NCBI GenBank assembly: GCA_017991615.1
Contig: JAGOQF010000002.1
Span: 50,750-114,749, forward strand
Direction: 5' to 3'
Length of the DNA: 64,000 nt
Source: Candidatus Shapirobacteria bacterium
GTDB lineage: Bacteria > Patescibacteriota > Microgenomatia > UBA12405
Shown here: positions 63,664-64,000 of the stretch, piece by piece
Numbering within the stretch: the stretch's first letter is position 1
How the letters are laid out: every line of letters starts with the position of its first letter
Position numbers and translations under genes: made by a program
The notes under the pieces: generated by a model
What the model saw: the letters and a program-made list of their open reading frames with translations, nothing else
What the model was told of the DNA's origin: nothing
Databases searched by the model: none

Positions 63664-64000
63664 TTTTTGTAAAAGAATAAAGAGTGGGTGGTAGAATTGT
63701 CTAATGAAAAGGAGAAAAAAATCATTGGGATTAGTGAGGGTTTTAATAATTATAGGAGCTGGGGTGGTAGTGGTTTTTGGAAGTTTAAGGAATTTAATGA
63801 GAACGATTAAATTGGCGATTAAAAGATTTTAGATGAAAAAAATATTTCAGATAATAGTGTTTTTGGTGTTGGTGGGGTGGATGGTGTTGGTGTGGTTAGG
63901 AGAGAAAGGAGAAGTTTTGAGTCCATTGTCTTTGAATCGACAAAAACATAATAGTGACAAAAAAATGGTAACGTTTGGGTTTTTACCAACTTGGATGGTG

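Overview
This is a low-GC bacterial chromosomal window. Its gene content resembles a small-genome Patescibacteria/CPR-like or Gram-positive-like lineage; this assignment is inferred, not shown directly.

The replication origin lies in this window, within the conserved dnaN<-dnaA | rpmH-rnpA-yidD-yidC-jag block. Perfect DnaA boxes flank dnaA on both sides. Seven tRNA genes are present: Ser-GCU(-), Arg-GCG, Ser-CGA, Arg-CCG, Ser-GGA, and Ile-GAU near the 3' end of the window.

Housekeeping genes include rubrerythrin, two NUDIX hydrolases, an archaeal-type TyrRS, QueH, PspC, MutM, TrxB, a GT4 glycosyltransferase, a FEN-like 5'-3' exonuclease, FtsH, a membrane-anchored Clp ATPase, an O-antigen ligase/flippase pair and a DUF4012 giant protein.

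Accessory content:
1. An AT-rich islet carries a cupin gene and a radical SAM/SPASM gene, followed by two unannotated 22-codon aromatic-rich ORFs.
2. A restriction-modification island sits directly 3' of tRNA-Ser(GGA): a T5orf172-like gene, two DNA methyltransferases (one Dam-family) and two unknown ORFs.
3. A type IV secretion / conjugative-pilus-like apparatus is split into two loci. One holds the PrgI-like, VirB4-like and NlpC/P60 hydrolase genes at 25.5-32.1 kb. The other, at 52.6-59.3 kb, holds a VirB6-like polytopic membrane protein, a secreted M15/SpoIID-like peptidoglycan enzyme and six tandem paralogous VirB2/TrbC-like mini-pilins with an internal terminator.
4. A three-gene module encodes a 7TM membrane protein, an ATP-grasp protein fused to a retropepsin-like (DTGA) peptidase, and a RimK-like ATP-grasp ligase.
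5. A divergent pair consists of a PNP/AMP-nucleosidase-like domain protein and a 685-aa unknown protein.

Most unusual are four composite intergenic repeat loci. Each has 9-bp-periodic GTTnnTCAA tandem repeats. Three of them also carry a GC hairpin (tccgccggtgggcgga), an ~89-bp element with imperfect terminal inverted repeats in three copies, and AGATyTmAG-type tandem repeats. No CRISPR arrays, rRNA genes or integrases were found.
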